Source: a bacterium (GTDB taxonomy: Bacteria > UBA8248 > JACPRG01 > G963555815). Taken from it: a DNA stretch of 64,000 bases. The DNA is taken from the NCBI GenBank assembly GCA_965261595.1, contig CBDHDG010000005.1, positions 320,001 through 384,000 on the forward strand, in the 5' to 3' direction. Numbering within the stretch: position 1 is the first letter of the stretch; each line of letters opens with the position of its first letter. Below are positions 48,503 to 59,030 of this stretch, in pieces. The translations under genes were made by a program, and so were the position numbers. Under the pieces are notes generated by a model. It worked only from the letters and a program-made list of their open reading frames with translations, was not told where the DNA came from and did not search any database.

Positions 48503-49958
48503 TTAGCAAAGACGCCCCCGTCTTCGAGGACCTCCCGGAATTTTTCAGCCACCTTCCGGCGAAGCTCTTCCGAGGCCTTGTTGACGAGAGGGAACTTATC
48601 CTTCCAGCTGAAGGGCCGGCAGGCGTTGATGATGAAGCGGTTGTTGGTCAATTCCCGGGCGTTCGCCGTTCGCCGGACCTCCGGGGAGTGGATGGGGTCC
48701 ACGCCGGAGCTGTAACCGTCCCGGATCAGCTCATAATCGTCCGGGGCCCTCGCCCGCGTCACCACCGCCCAGATCACTTCATCCAGGTCCGTGATGTCCA
48801 CGTCCTCGTCCACGACGATGATCCACCGGGCGCAGTACGCCGCGCCCTTCGAGCCCGCGGTGATCAACCCCGCCGCCTTGGCGTGGCCGGCATAGTGCTG
48901 CTTGATCGCAACGACCGTAATGAAACTCGATGTCCCGTACTGCCAGACGCCCTTGACGTCCTGGATGCCGGAGGACTCCAGCGTGTCCCAGGCCGAGGCC
49001 GCCCAGAACGGGACCGCGCTCAGCTCCGCCAGGGGCGGGCGGAACGGGGGTGCCCCGTAGATGATGGGATCGTCCCGGTGTATGAGGGCGTTGACCTTGA
49101 CCACCGGGCGGGGGAGGCGGTCCCCGGCGTAGTACCCCGTCCACTCGCCGAAAGGGCCTTCCTCCCGCTGGTCCGTCTCGGGCGGCGGGATCTCCCCCTC
49201 GATGGCGATCTCAGCCGTTGCCGGGATGGGCAGCCCGGTCCGCTCCCCTTCAATCACCGGGATCGGCTCGCCCTTCAGCCAACCGGCGAACTCCAGCTCG
49301 CTGTGGGAAGGGGGAAGAAAGGTGCCGGCGGCCATGAAGATCGCCGGCTCGTGGCCGAAGGTCACGGCCACCGGCGCGCTTTTCCCTTGGGCGTGATATT
49401 TGCGGACCAGGAGGTCCCCGTCTTTTCCGGGGATGATCAGGATCCCCAGGGTGTTCTCGTCGTGCACCATCATCCGGTAAGTCCCGACGTTCACGTTGCC
49501 GGTGTCGGGTCCCGCAGGATAACGGCGCATCCCGTTCCCAGAAACCGCCCGCCGTCGTTTTCGTGCCACCGGGGAGAGGGAAACCGCCACAGGTCCACAT
49601 CGGCGCCGCTCTGGACGTTTTCGAGGACGGGGCCTTCCCGAACGATCGCGGGGGGAACAGGCTGAAAAGTCCCCATCTTGATCCGCCAGTGCCGCAGGAC
49701 ATCCAGGCCGGGGGTGTCTTCGGGAAGGCCGAGGGCGATGGCGGTGCGCGGGATGGTGGAAATCGAGTTGCTGAGGACGCGGTGTCCCCGCGGATGACCG
49801 GGAATGTTGTCGAACAAAAGAGCGGGGTGGTCGGGCCGCTCGATGATCAGCTCGGTGAGGGTTCCGATCTCCAGGTCCCAGTGAGCCCCGTCGATCCGCT
49901 TCAAATCGCCCCGTTCATCCAGACGGTCGAGAAACGCTCTGAGGTCCGCGAAAGACAT
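48319..49958 (-). CDS. UbiD family (de)carboxylase; one base missing near 49508; 3' end reads into a MITE
   Basis: MSFADLRAFL..., GTGCAVILRDP then DTGNVNVGTYR after adding one base; EGPFGEWTGYY; IIVVDEDVD. Confidence 0.88.
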
Positions 49959-50123
49959 GCTCGGTTCTCCTCCCCCCCCTCCTCGCCTCCGCGCCGGGGG
50001 GGGGCGCGTCCGGCGCCGGCCAATCCGTGTGGTGAAAAATTCAGCGCGCCACCCGATTCCGGGTAGCGAATTCAGAAGGTCCCGCAACGCCCCCTCTTTC
50101 CCCCGCCCTTCTCCCGGAGGGTT

Positions 50124-51769
50124 TCACCCCACGGGCAGGATGAGGCGGGAGGCCGCCGTGGCCACGAACAGCGTGATGACGCGCTGGTCGATCAGCGCTG
50201 CGTCGCCCGGTTGCGCGCCCGTGCCCGGGTTGATCGCGTAGGCCGGAAATCACGCCCCGGCCAAGCTCAGGCGGAGTCTGCGCCCACGTGGGATTCGGCA
50301 GCAGATCGCACGGAGGGAGAGCCTCAACGGCCCGGTCCGCGCGCCTTCTTCGATCCGCGAATGGCTCTGGGTCAGGGTGAACGCCCGCCCCTCGGGCGTC
50401 ACCTCCGAGACGACGGCCGACAGGTCGAAGTCCGGTACGTCGGACCGGAGCCAAACCTCCAGCGTCACGTCACCGGCCAGGTGCAGGTCTTCTTCCAGCG
50501 GCTCTGAGGTGTAGGTCAGCACGTCCGGCCGCCCATCCACGCCGGACCGCTCCGCGGGGCCGGCCGGGGCGCCAAGGCAGCCCCCCACCGCGGGAACGGG
50601 CCGCCAGGGGTCGAACACCACCGCGTCCTCCCCCCCCCCTCCCCCGTCTCGGGCCCGGGGGCCAGCCCGCCGTTCGTGAGGTCGATGGCCGCCCGCCCGC
50701 CGCTGGTTAGATAGCGGGAGCTGCCTGGCCCGTCCGGCCAGCGGTCGAAAGCGCGCCAGCGCTCGCCGCCCATCTCGTAGAGCAGAACGGGGGGCTCGTC
50801 CAGCAGGCCGGTGTCCACCCCTTTGAGCCAGTGGTCGAACCAACGGATTTGAAGCCGGTCAATGGGGCTCACGGCGCTCGGCCCGTAATCCCGGTCCCCC
50901 GCCTTCGGGCTCCAGGGGGTGTGGACCCAGGGGCCGATCGCCAGGCGCTGGGGACGGCGGCAGCGCGCCGCCCAGTCCCGGTGGCACGCGAGGGTTCCGG
51001 GAAGGAAGGCGTCGAACCATCCTCCGATATGAAGAGCGGGCAGGTCGATGCTCCGGGCGGCGGTCTTGGGGGAGATCCGCTCCCAATAAGGTCCGGGCTT
51101 GGGGTTTGAGACCCAGTCGTCGTAATGACAGTATGCGGCGAACCGCTCGAGCGCCTCGGGCCGGGCCGGCGTCATCCCGTCAAGGGGCAGAGAGCGGGAG
51201 GCGGCGAACAGGGCTTGGTGCGCCTCCGCGTCTCCCTTGCGGCGGGCTGTTTCCGCGGCGAGCTGGACGGCCCAGGCCATGACCAGCTCCAGGCGGAGCG
51301 CTCCGCCCTCGTAGGCGAAGTGTTCGTAGACGTCATAGGCGATCATCGCCGGGCAGATGGCCTTGAGCGCCGGGGCGCCCGAGGCCGCGGCGAAGACCTG
51401 CGCCATCCCCTGATAGGAGAACCCGTACATCCCCACCTCCCCCGTGGCGCCCGGCAGCGCGGCGGACCAGGCGACCGCGTCAAAGCCGTCGTCAAGCTCC
51501 TGGGCCAGGAGATCGAACTCCCCTTCCGAGGTCCCGCGGCCGCGCACGTCCTGAATGACGACGATGTAGCCGTGCCGGGCGTACCAGCTCGGGTGGGCGT
51601 GAGAGACGGTGGAGGCGATGGTCCGGCCGTAAGGCTGGCGCATCAGCAGGACGGGAAAGGGCCCGTCGGCGTCGGGCCGGTGGAGGTCGGCGTCCAGGCG
51701 CACACCGTCCCGGGTCCGCATGGAGACGGTCTCGCGGGGACGAAGGTTGTAGGGTGCGGGGGCGCTCAT
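50124..51769 (-). pseudogene. CocE/NonD family serine hydrolase with a frameshift in the poly-C run (about 50630-50645) and an in-frame TGA at 50250
   Basis: RDGVRLDAD, QDVRGRGTSEG, GFSYQG nucleophile, IGGWFD, IGPWVH; continues EDAVVFDPWRP...RLSLAGA*FPAYAINPGTG...LILPVG*. Could be intact if these are sequence errors. Confidence 0.8.
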
Positions 51770-52155
51770 GCGGGCGGCCTCCGACGCGCGTGCTTCTTGA
51801 TGGGGTCTCCACGGCGGAAACCGCTCCATCCCGCCGGGCGGGGCGTCGCGTGGATCATATCATTTCCCCATCCCTCTCACGGGAAGGAGGAGGGGAGGGC
51901 GGGCTCGACGAAAACCCTGTAAAAAGAGGGGGCGATTCGGTATAATTCTGTCTTCATCAGGATTGTGAACGTCGTAGTCGAAGCAGGTGGGGGACCCTCG
52001 ACGCATCCGATGGCTGTGAGGGTTTCAGGTCAACGCGGCGAAATCCAGCGGAGGGTTGGATTCGCCCGAAGCGCGGATTCCGCAAAATCGCTCCCCGATC
52101 CCGGGGAGTCCGGTTCGAGCGGAACGCCGTGCTTGATCAGAAAGGGGAGAATGCG

Positions 52156-53174
52156 ATGTTGAAGAGAATCGTCCAACGAACCGCGTCTCGCTTGATCTGG
52201 AAGGCAGTCCTGACCGCGTTCTTCGTCCTCGTGGCGGCGGGCGCGGCGTCCTCGGCGGAGCGGGTCAGGTTCATGACCAACTGGAAGGCCCAGGCCGAGC
52301 ACGGGGGCTTCTACCAGGCGATCGCCACGGGGATTTACAAGAAATACGGCCTGGACGTGAAGCTCCGCATGGGCGGACCGGGGGCCAACAACTCTCAGCT
52401 TCTGGCCGGGGGCGCGATCGACATCAACCTGGCCACCAACACCTCCCAGGCCTGAACTTTCTGAAGAACAACGTCCCCATGATCACCGTCGCGGCGATCT
52501 ACCAGAAAGACCCGCAGGTCCTGATCTCCCATCCGGGGCAGGGCAACGACTCCATCGCCGCCATGCAGGGCAAGCCGATCCTGATCTCGACGGCCGCCCG
52601 GACGACCTGGTGGCAGTTTTTCAAGATCAAGTATGGCTTCAAGGATCGTCAGATCCGCCGCTACACCTTCCAGATGGCCCCGTTCCTGGTGAACAAGAAG
52701 GCCATTCAGCAGGGGTATGTGACCAGCGAGCCGTTTTACATCAAAAAGGAGGGGGTTGACCCGATCGTCAACCTGATTGCCGACGCCGGCTGGCCGAGCT
52801 ACTCGGCGATGCTCACGACGTCCAAAGACTGGGTTGACAATAAGACGGACGTGGTGCGGAAATTCGTGAACGGGAGCATCGAGGGCTGGTACAGCTATCT
52901 CTATGGCAATCCCGCTCCCGCGAACGTGTTGATCCGGAAAGACAACAAAGAAATGAAAGACGCGCAAATCGTATTCGGCATCGCCCAGATGAAAAAGCAC
53001 GGGATCGTCGATTCGGGCGACGCCAAGAAGCTGGGCATCGGCACCATGACGCAGGCGCGCCTCAAGGCCTTTTTCGAGGTCATGTCCCAGGCCGGGCTGT
53101 TCGACAAGAACCTGCCCTATATGAAGGCCTTCGATCTGCGCTTCGTCAACAAAAAGCATGGCATGAAGATGTAG
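52156..53174 (+). CDS. ABC substrate-binding protein, NMT1/THI5/SsuA family; one base missing at about 52453
   Basis: Signal peptide; TNWKAQAEHGGFYQA; adding one C gives SQALNFLKNNVPMITVAAIYQKDPQ; QQGYVTSEP. Confidence 0.88.
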
Positions 53175-53272
53175 CGGTTTTTCGGTGTCCGCCGGCCGGC
53201 GCGGTCCATCCGCCGGCTGGCGGACTGTCCACCATGTTCCCGCACGCGGCGGGGGAGGGGTTCCACCGAGCC

Positions 53273-54049
53273 ATGGCCGGACCCATCGTGACCCTTTCGA
53301 ACGTAGACAAGGTCTATTCCAACGGCGTCGTGGCGCTGAGGGACTTTGACTTGGCCGTCGCCGAGTCCGAGTTTGTCAGCCTGTTGGGCCCCTCGGGTTG
53401 CGGCAAAAGCACCGGCCTGCGCCTGATCGCCGGATTGGGCGATTTGACCGGCGGCCGGATCGACTGGTCCGAGACCGCGCGCGAAACGCGGAACGGGAAC
53501 AGCCGGAACATCGGCTTTGTGTTCCAGGAGCCTACGCTGATGCCCTGGGCCACGGTGTTCGACAATGTACGGCTGCCGCTCAAGCTCGGCGGCGTCCCGA
53601 AATCAAAGGCCGGGGACCGGGTGAACGAAGTGCTCGGGATGGTTCACCTGAACGGGTTCGAGGGGGCCTATCCGCGCGAGTTGTCGGGGGGGATGAGGAT
53701 GCGCGTGTCCATCGCCCGGGCGCTCGTGACCCGGCCCGACATCCTCCTCATGGATGAGCCTTTCGCCGCCTTGGATGAGATCACGCGCTTCAAGCTCAAT
53801 GCCGACCTGTTGGAGCTTTGGAGCGGCCAGCGCCTGACCGTTATCTTCGTGACCCACAGCGTGTATGAGTCCGTCTTCCTGTCGAACCGGATCTGCGTCA
53901 TGGCGGCGCGGCCGGGAAGGGTGATCCGGGAGATTGCGATCAACGCGCCCTATCCGCGCGATGAGGGCTTTCGCACCTCCCCGGTTTACAACGATTTTTG
54001 CCGCCAGGTGTCCGGCCTCCTCCACGAGGCCATGGGGGCCGGCGGTTGA
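53273..54049 (+). CDS. ABC ATP-binding protein (NitT/TauT family)
   Basis: GPSGCGKST, LSGGMRMR, LLMDEPF, VTHS. Confidence 0.95.
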   Translation: MAGPIVTLSNVDKVYSNGVVALRDFDLAVAESEFVSLLGPSGCGKSTGLRLIAGLGDLTGGRIDWSETARETRNGNSRNIGFVFQEPTLMPWATVFDNVRLPLKLGGVPKSKAGDRVNEVLGMVHLNGFEGAYPRELSGGMRMRVSIARALVTRPDILLMDEPFAALDEITRFKLNADLLELWSGQRLTVIFVTHSVYESVFLSNRICVMAARPGRVIREIAINAPYPRDEGFRTSPVYNDFCRQVSGLLHEAMGAGG

Positions 54050-54063
54050 AGCATGATGAGCCG

Positions 54064-54973
54064 ATGACGGCCAACCCGCAAACGCTCACGGCCGAGGCCC
54101 CGAAGGCCCGGCGGGATTTCGAGGACCTGCCGCCCGTGCGGAAGGAAGATCGGCGGATTCTCGGCGTCCGGGTTTCCCTGTTCCCCAAAATTTTGGCCCC
54201 CATTGTGGTGGGGGTGCTCGCCCTCATTGTCTGGCATCTGATCGTTGTTTTCTTCGATATGCCACACTATGTGCTGCCCCGCCCCTGGTTGGTGATTCAG
54301 ACGTTGTTCAAGGACTGGGGCACGCTTTCACCCTCCTTGTGGGTCACGCTCAGGATCACGGGGTTGGCCTTCCTGTGCGCCGCCGTCGGGGGGTTGGTCA
54401 TCTCCGTGCGGTTCACCTTGTCCAAATGGGTGGAGATGAGCTTCTTCCCGTACGCCGTGACGCTTCAGGTGACGCCCATTGTGGCCATCGCCCCGTTGAT
54501 CATCATCTGGGCCGGGAATGTGTTTCCGGATCGGGGCATCGATATCGCGCTGTTGATTTCCGCCTGGATCGTTGCCTTTTTCCCCATCGTCTCGAACACC
54601 ACGCTCGGACTCAACAGCACCGATCACAACCTCCTGAACCTGTTCCAGCTCTACGGGGCGTCGCGGTGGCAGATTCTGTGGCGCCTGCGCCTGCCCAACG
54701 CGCTGCCCTACTTCCTGGGCGGCCTGCGGATCAGCGGGGGACTCGCCCTGATCGGCGCGGTGGTGGCGGAGTTCGTGTCCGGAACCGGCGGGGACGCCTC
54801 GGGGCTGGCCTATCGCATCCTGGAATCGGGTTACCGGCTCAACATCCCGCGCATGTTCGCGGCGTTGTTCATGATCTCCCTCTCCGGCATCCTGATCTTC
54901 CTTGTCCTGACGCTTCTCCAGCACCTGTTGCTCCGGCAAGTGGCACGAGAGCGCGGTGAAACGGGAAAACTAG
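54064..54973 (+). CDS. ABC permease (NitT/TauT family); +1 frameshift at about 54933 creates a false fusion with the next gene
   Basis: LQVTPIVAIAP, LRLPNALPY, GAVVAEF; removing one base gives the family-typical end LLRKWHESAVKREN* (TAG 54971-54973). Confidence 0.88.
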
Positions 54974-55023
54974 AGCGCCCTGGAAGGGCCGGTCCGGCCT
55001 GGAAAAATGAGGAGGATGGCGCC

Positions 55024-56445
55024 ATGCGCCCGAAACGGAAAGAGATCGACTGGGAGGCCTTCGCCCGGGCCCTGGACGGCGTGCCGGCGAGTCTCGACCC
55101 GGCCCTGGTTCGGCAGAAGTCCCGCGACTACTACTGGTTCAGCCCAATCCTCAAGTGGACCCTGAAAGACAAGATCGGCGACATCGTGATCACCCCCCGC
55201 GACGAGGAAGAGGTCGTCCGGGCCGCCCGTACCTGTGTGGCGTGGCGGGTTCCGATCACGGTCCGGGCCGGCGGCACGGGCAATTACGGCCAGGCCATGC
55301 CGACCGAGGGCGGCGCCATCCTTGACGTCACGCGGCTGAACGCCGTTAAATGGATCAAACCGGGAATCATCCGGTGCGAGGCGGGGCTGATGCTGGACGC
55401 ACTGGATGAAGAGGCCCGGAAGACCGGCTGGGAGATTCGCCTCTATCCGTCGACCAAGCGCACGGCGACGGTCGGCGGCCACGTGGCCGGGGGCAGCGGG
55501 GGCGTGGGATCCATCCGGCACGGCCTGCTCCGCGACCCGGGCAACGTCAACGTCGTTCGCGTCGTGACGCTGGAGGACGAGCCCCGGATTCTGGAGTTGC
55601 GGGGGCGCGACATCAACAAGGTGAATCACGCCTACGGAACCAACGGGATTGTCACCGAGCTGGAGATGCCCCTTACGCCCGCGTTCCCCTGGGCCGACCT
55701 CATCGCGGTCTTCGGCGACTTCATGACCGCGGCCCGCTTCGGCCAGGCCCTGGGTGAAGCCGACGGCGTCGTCGTCAACGAGTGCAGCGTTTTCGCCTGG
55801 CCGATTCCCGAGTACTTCAAGCCGCTGGGCGAATTCATCCCCGACGGGAGCGCGACCGCCTTTTGTCTGGTCGCCGAGTCGTCGGTAGAATGGTTCGAGT
55901 GCCTCGTGGCCGATTTCGGGGGGTCGGTGTGTTACCACAAGAGCGCGGCGGAGTCCGCCCGGACCACGCCACTCTACGAATATACCTGGAACCACACCAC
56001 GTTATACGCCATCAAGGCGGACCCCTCGATGACCTATCTCCAGACCCTGTTCGAGCCCGGCCGCAGTCTGGAATTGGCCGAGCGCTTCTACGAGCACTTC
56101 GGCGACGAGACCCCGATGCATCTGGAATTCGTCCGGCTGGGCGGGAAGGTCGGGGCCTTCGCCGTGCAACTGGTTCGCTATACGACCGATGAGCGGATGG
56201 ACGAGATCATCGAATACCTCGAAGAGCACGGCGCGCCGGTGTTCAACCCGCATACGCCCGTTTTGGAAGACGGCGGGATGAAGGTCGTGGACGTCGAGCA
56301 GCTCGAATTCAAGAAGGTCGCCGACCCTTATGGTCTCTCCAATCCCGGAAAAATGCGCGCCTGGTGGGAGGAAGGCCGGGCGGAGATCCGGAAGGAGGGG
56401 GCCCTGTATCCCGTCCGCGAGGGGGGCAAGGTTTTCGAGGGGTGA
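55024..56445 (+). CDS. FAD-binding oxidoreductase (GlcD/FAD_binding_4 family)
   Basis: Own GAGGAGG RBS; SRDYYWFSP, RAGGTGNYGQ, HAYGTNG, DPYGLSNPGK. Confidence 0.9.
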   Translation: MRPKRKEIDWEAFARALDGVPASLDPALVRQKSRDYYWFSPILKWTLKDKIGDIVITPRDEEEVVRAARTCVAWRVPITVRAGGTGNYGQAMPTEGGAILDVTRLNAVKWIKPGIIRCEAGLMLDALDEEARKTGWEIRLYPSTKRTATVGGHVAGGSGGVGSIRHGLLRDPGNVNVVRVVTLEDEPRILELRGRDINKVNHAYGTNGIVTELEMPLTPAFPWADLIAVFGDFMTAARFGQALGEADGVVVNECSVFAWPIPEYFKPLGEFIPDGSATAFCLVAESSVEWFECLVADFGGSVCYHKSAAESARTTPLYEYTWNHTTLYAIKADPSMTYLQTLFEPGRSLELAERFYEHFGDETPMHLEFVRLGGKVGAFAVQLVRYTTDERMDEIIEYLEEHGAPVFNPHTPVLEDGGMKVVDVEQLEFKKVADPYGLSNPGKMRAWWEEGRAEIRKEGALYPVREGGKVFEG

Positions 56446-56510
56446 ACGGTCCGGCTTCAAGGATCGGCGAGGCTCCCCCCCCCCAGTCATTCGGCCCGAG
56501 GAGGGTTTTG

Positions 56511-58802
56511 TTGACCGGCGTTCGATACATCGGGGCGGATGTGCCCAGAGAGGACGGGAGAGAGAAGAGCACCGGCGCCGCCCGGTACGCCACCGATTTC
56601 TATCCCGAGGACGCCCTCCATGTGCGGATCGTGCGGAGCCGCAGACCGCACGCCCGCATCCGCTCCATCCGGACCGAGAACGCCCGGCGCGCCGCCGGCG
56701 TCGAGACCATCGTCACGGGTCGGGATTATCCGGACTTTTATTGGGGAACCTTCATCCGGGACCAGACCCTGTTCGCCGTGGACAAGGTGCGTTACGTGGG
56801 CCAGCCCGTCGCGGCGTTGGCGGGAGGCGACGGCGACGCCCTGGCCGAGGCCGGGGATCTCATCGAAATCGAGTATGAGGACCTCCCGGCCGTTTTCAAC
56901 GCGCCGGACGCCCTGTCCGCCGGGGCGCCCATCCTCCATGAAGATCTCGGGAGCTATGAGCGCGTTCCCGGGATTGTCTTCCCCTCGCCGGGCACGAACG
57001 TGTGCAACCACTTCAAGCTCAGAAAGGGAAACGTCGAGGAAGGGTTTGACCGCGCCGATTTCGTCTTCGAGGACGCCTACCGGATCCCGATGGTGCAGCA
57101 CTGCCCGATGGAGCCGCACGCCTGCGTCGCCCTGTTCGAGACGGGCGGAAAGCTGACCCTCCACACCTCGACGCAAGGGCCGCACTTGGTGCGGAAGCAG
57201 GTGGCCGAGGCCCTGCGCCTCGATCTGTCACAGGTCCGGGTCGTGGCGCCTTACTGCGGGGGCGGATTCGGCGGAAAAATCAGCGCCGTCGCCGAGGTCC
57301 TGAGCGCCTCGGTCGCCCTCAAGCTCCCGGGCCGGCCGGTGCGGTTGATCTTCGACCGGGAGGAAGAGTTCGGAAGCTCCTTCGTCCGGCAGGAGTTCTA
57401 CGCGGAATATAAAACGGGCGTGATGAAGGATGGCGTCATCGTGGCCCGCCGGGCGAAGCTGATCTGGGACGCCGGGGCGTATGGGGACTATGAGGCGTCC
57501 GTCGCCCGGACGGCGGGTGCCAACGCCGCCGGCCCGTACCGCATCCCCAACGTCTGGATCGATTCATACTGCGTTTACACCAACAAGCCCGTCGCGGGGG
57601 CGTTCCGGGGGTTCGGTGTCTCGGAGGTCTGCTTCGCCTACGAGCAGCAGCTCGACCGGATCGCCGCGGCGCTGGGGATGGACCCCCTGGAGATCCGGAT
57701 GAAGAACGCTGTGCGCGAGGGCGACGAGCACGCCACGGGACAGGTCCTCAAGGGTGTGGGTCTCGATGAATGTCTCCGGAGGGTGAGCCGGGCGCTGGGG
57801 GCGATCGGCGACGCCCTGGACGGCTCGGCCGGGACGAAACGGCGCGGACGCGGTATCGCCTGCATGACGAAGTCCACGGTGGCCGAGGTTCAGGCGGATG
57901 CGGAGATCGTGGTCCGGGAGGACGGATCGGTCCTCCTCAAGACGAGCGCCATGGAGCACGGACAGGGGGCCCACACCGTTCTGAGGCAGATGGCCGCGGA
58001 GGAGCTGGGGTGCGACGTGGCCGACGTGATGGTGGATGTCGTGGATACGGATACGAGCCCGTATACGTCTCAGACATCGGCGAGCAAGACGACCTTCTTC
58101 GACGGCAACGCGGTCCGGATGGCGGCCGCGGAAGCCAAGCGTCAGCTTCTGGGGAGGGCCTCGCGGGCGCTCGAAGCGGACCCGGAAGACCTCTCCGTCG
58201 AGGGGGGACGCGTTCATGCCCGGGGAGCGCCCGGGCGGAGTTTTTCCATCGCGGAGCTGGTGGACGGGGAGGGACCGATCGTCGCCCGGGAGAGTTTCAA
58301 ACTGGAGGACGCCACCGGCATCGATCCCGAGACCGGGCAGGGGAAGCGGCCGGCGGCCTTTCAGATGTACGCGGCGCAGGGGGCCGAAATCGAGGTCGAC
58401 CTCGAGACGGGCCGGATCGAAGTGCTGAGACTGGCGGCGGCGCACGACGTGGGACGGGCGATCCACCCGAGGGGCTGCGAAGGCCAGATCGAGGGCACCC
58501 TGATTCAGGGCGTGGGGACGGCGCTGTTCGAGGAGCTGCGGTGCGAGGACGGCGCGCCCGTCAACGGAAACCTGGGCGATTACAAGATCCCGTGCGCCCT
58601 CGACGCGCCCCGGATGGGGCCGATCCTCGTCGAAGCCGCGATCCCCGACGGCCCCTGGGGGGCGAAGGGCGTCGGCGAGCCGGGTCTTGTGCCGACCGCG
58701 GCCGCCATCGGCAACGCCTTTTTCTCGGCGACCGGCCGGCAGCTCAAGGCTCTGCCGTTCATCCCGGAAAAGGTCCTGGCGGCGTTGGGCGGGGACGGGT
58801 GA
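56511..58802 (+). CDS. Xanthine dehydrogenase family molybdopterin-binding subunit
   Basis: TTG start after GAGGAGG; HARIRSI, QHCPMEP, GGGFGGK, AFRGFG, GQIEG, KGVGE. Confidence 0.93.
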   Translation: MTGVRYIGADVPREDGREKSTGAARYATDFYPEDALHVRIVRSRRPHARIRSIRTENARRAAGVETIVTGRDYPDFYWGTFIRDQTLFAVDKVRYVGQPVAALAGGDGDALAEAGDLIEIEYEDLPAVFNAPDALSAGAPILHEDLGSYERVPGIVFPSPGTNVCNHFKLRKGNVEEGFDRADFVFEDAYRIPMVQHCPMEPHACVALFETGGKLTLHTSTQGPHLVRKQVAEALRLDLSQVRVVAPYCGGGFGGKISAVAEVLSASVALKLPGRPVRLIFDREEEFGSSFVRQEFYAEYKTGVMKDGVIVARRAKLIWDAGAYGDYEASVARTAGANAAGPYRIPNVWIDSYCVYTNKPVAGAFRGFGVSEVCFAYEQQLDRIAAALGMDPLEIRMKNAVREGDEHATGQVLKGVGLDECLRRVSRALGAIGDALDGSAGTKRRGRGIACMTKSTVAEVQADAEIVVREDGSVLLKTSAMEHGQGAHTVLRQMAAEELGCDVADVMVDVVDTDTSPYTSQTSASKTTFFDGNAVRMAAAEAKRQLLGRASRALEADPEDLSVEGGRVHARGAPGRSFSIAELVDGEGPIVARESFKLEDATGIDPETGQGKRPAAFQMYAAQGAEIEVDLETGRIEVLRLAAAHDVGRAIHPRGCEGQIEGTLIQGVGTALFEELRCEDGAPVNGNLGDYKIPCALDAPRMGPILVEAAIPDGPWGAKGVGEPGLVPTAAAIGNAFFSATGRQLKALPFIPEKVLAALGGDG

Positions 58803-58891
58803 GGTGAAGCGGGCCGCCCCGCTCCTGTTGGATTGAGCTATGATTTGCGCCAGTCAACCCTGACGCTGTTCCGGATGAAGGAGGTCCGACC

Positions 58892-58915
58892 GGTAGGCCG
58901 GGCATCTTGCCCGGC
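58892..58915 (+). repeat. GTAG-type REP
   Basis: GGTAGGCCGGGCATCTTGCCCGGC, near-identical to the unit at 48348-48371. Confidence 0.65.
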
Positions 58916-59030
58916 GCAAGGAACAATTTGAGTCTCGAAGGGTAAAGCCGTTTGCGAGAGATTTCGCTGGCGGGTCCCGATCCATCCGGACGTGTCCGGC
59001 ATCACACGATGATCATCCTCGGGAGGCAAG

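Noticed and set aside
53998..56445. 815-aa permease-FAD oxidase fusion
   Set aside because: One extra base near 54933 hides the WHESAVKREN* end, and the oxidase has its own RBS and ATG.
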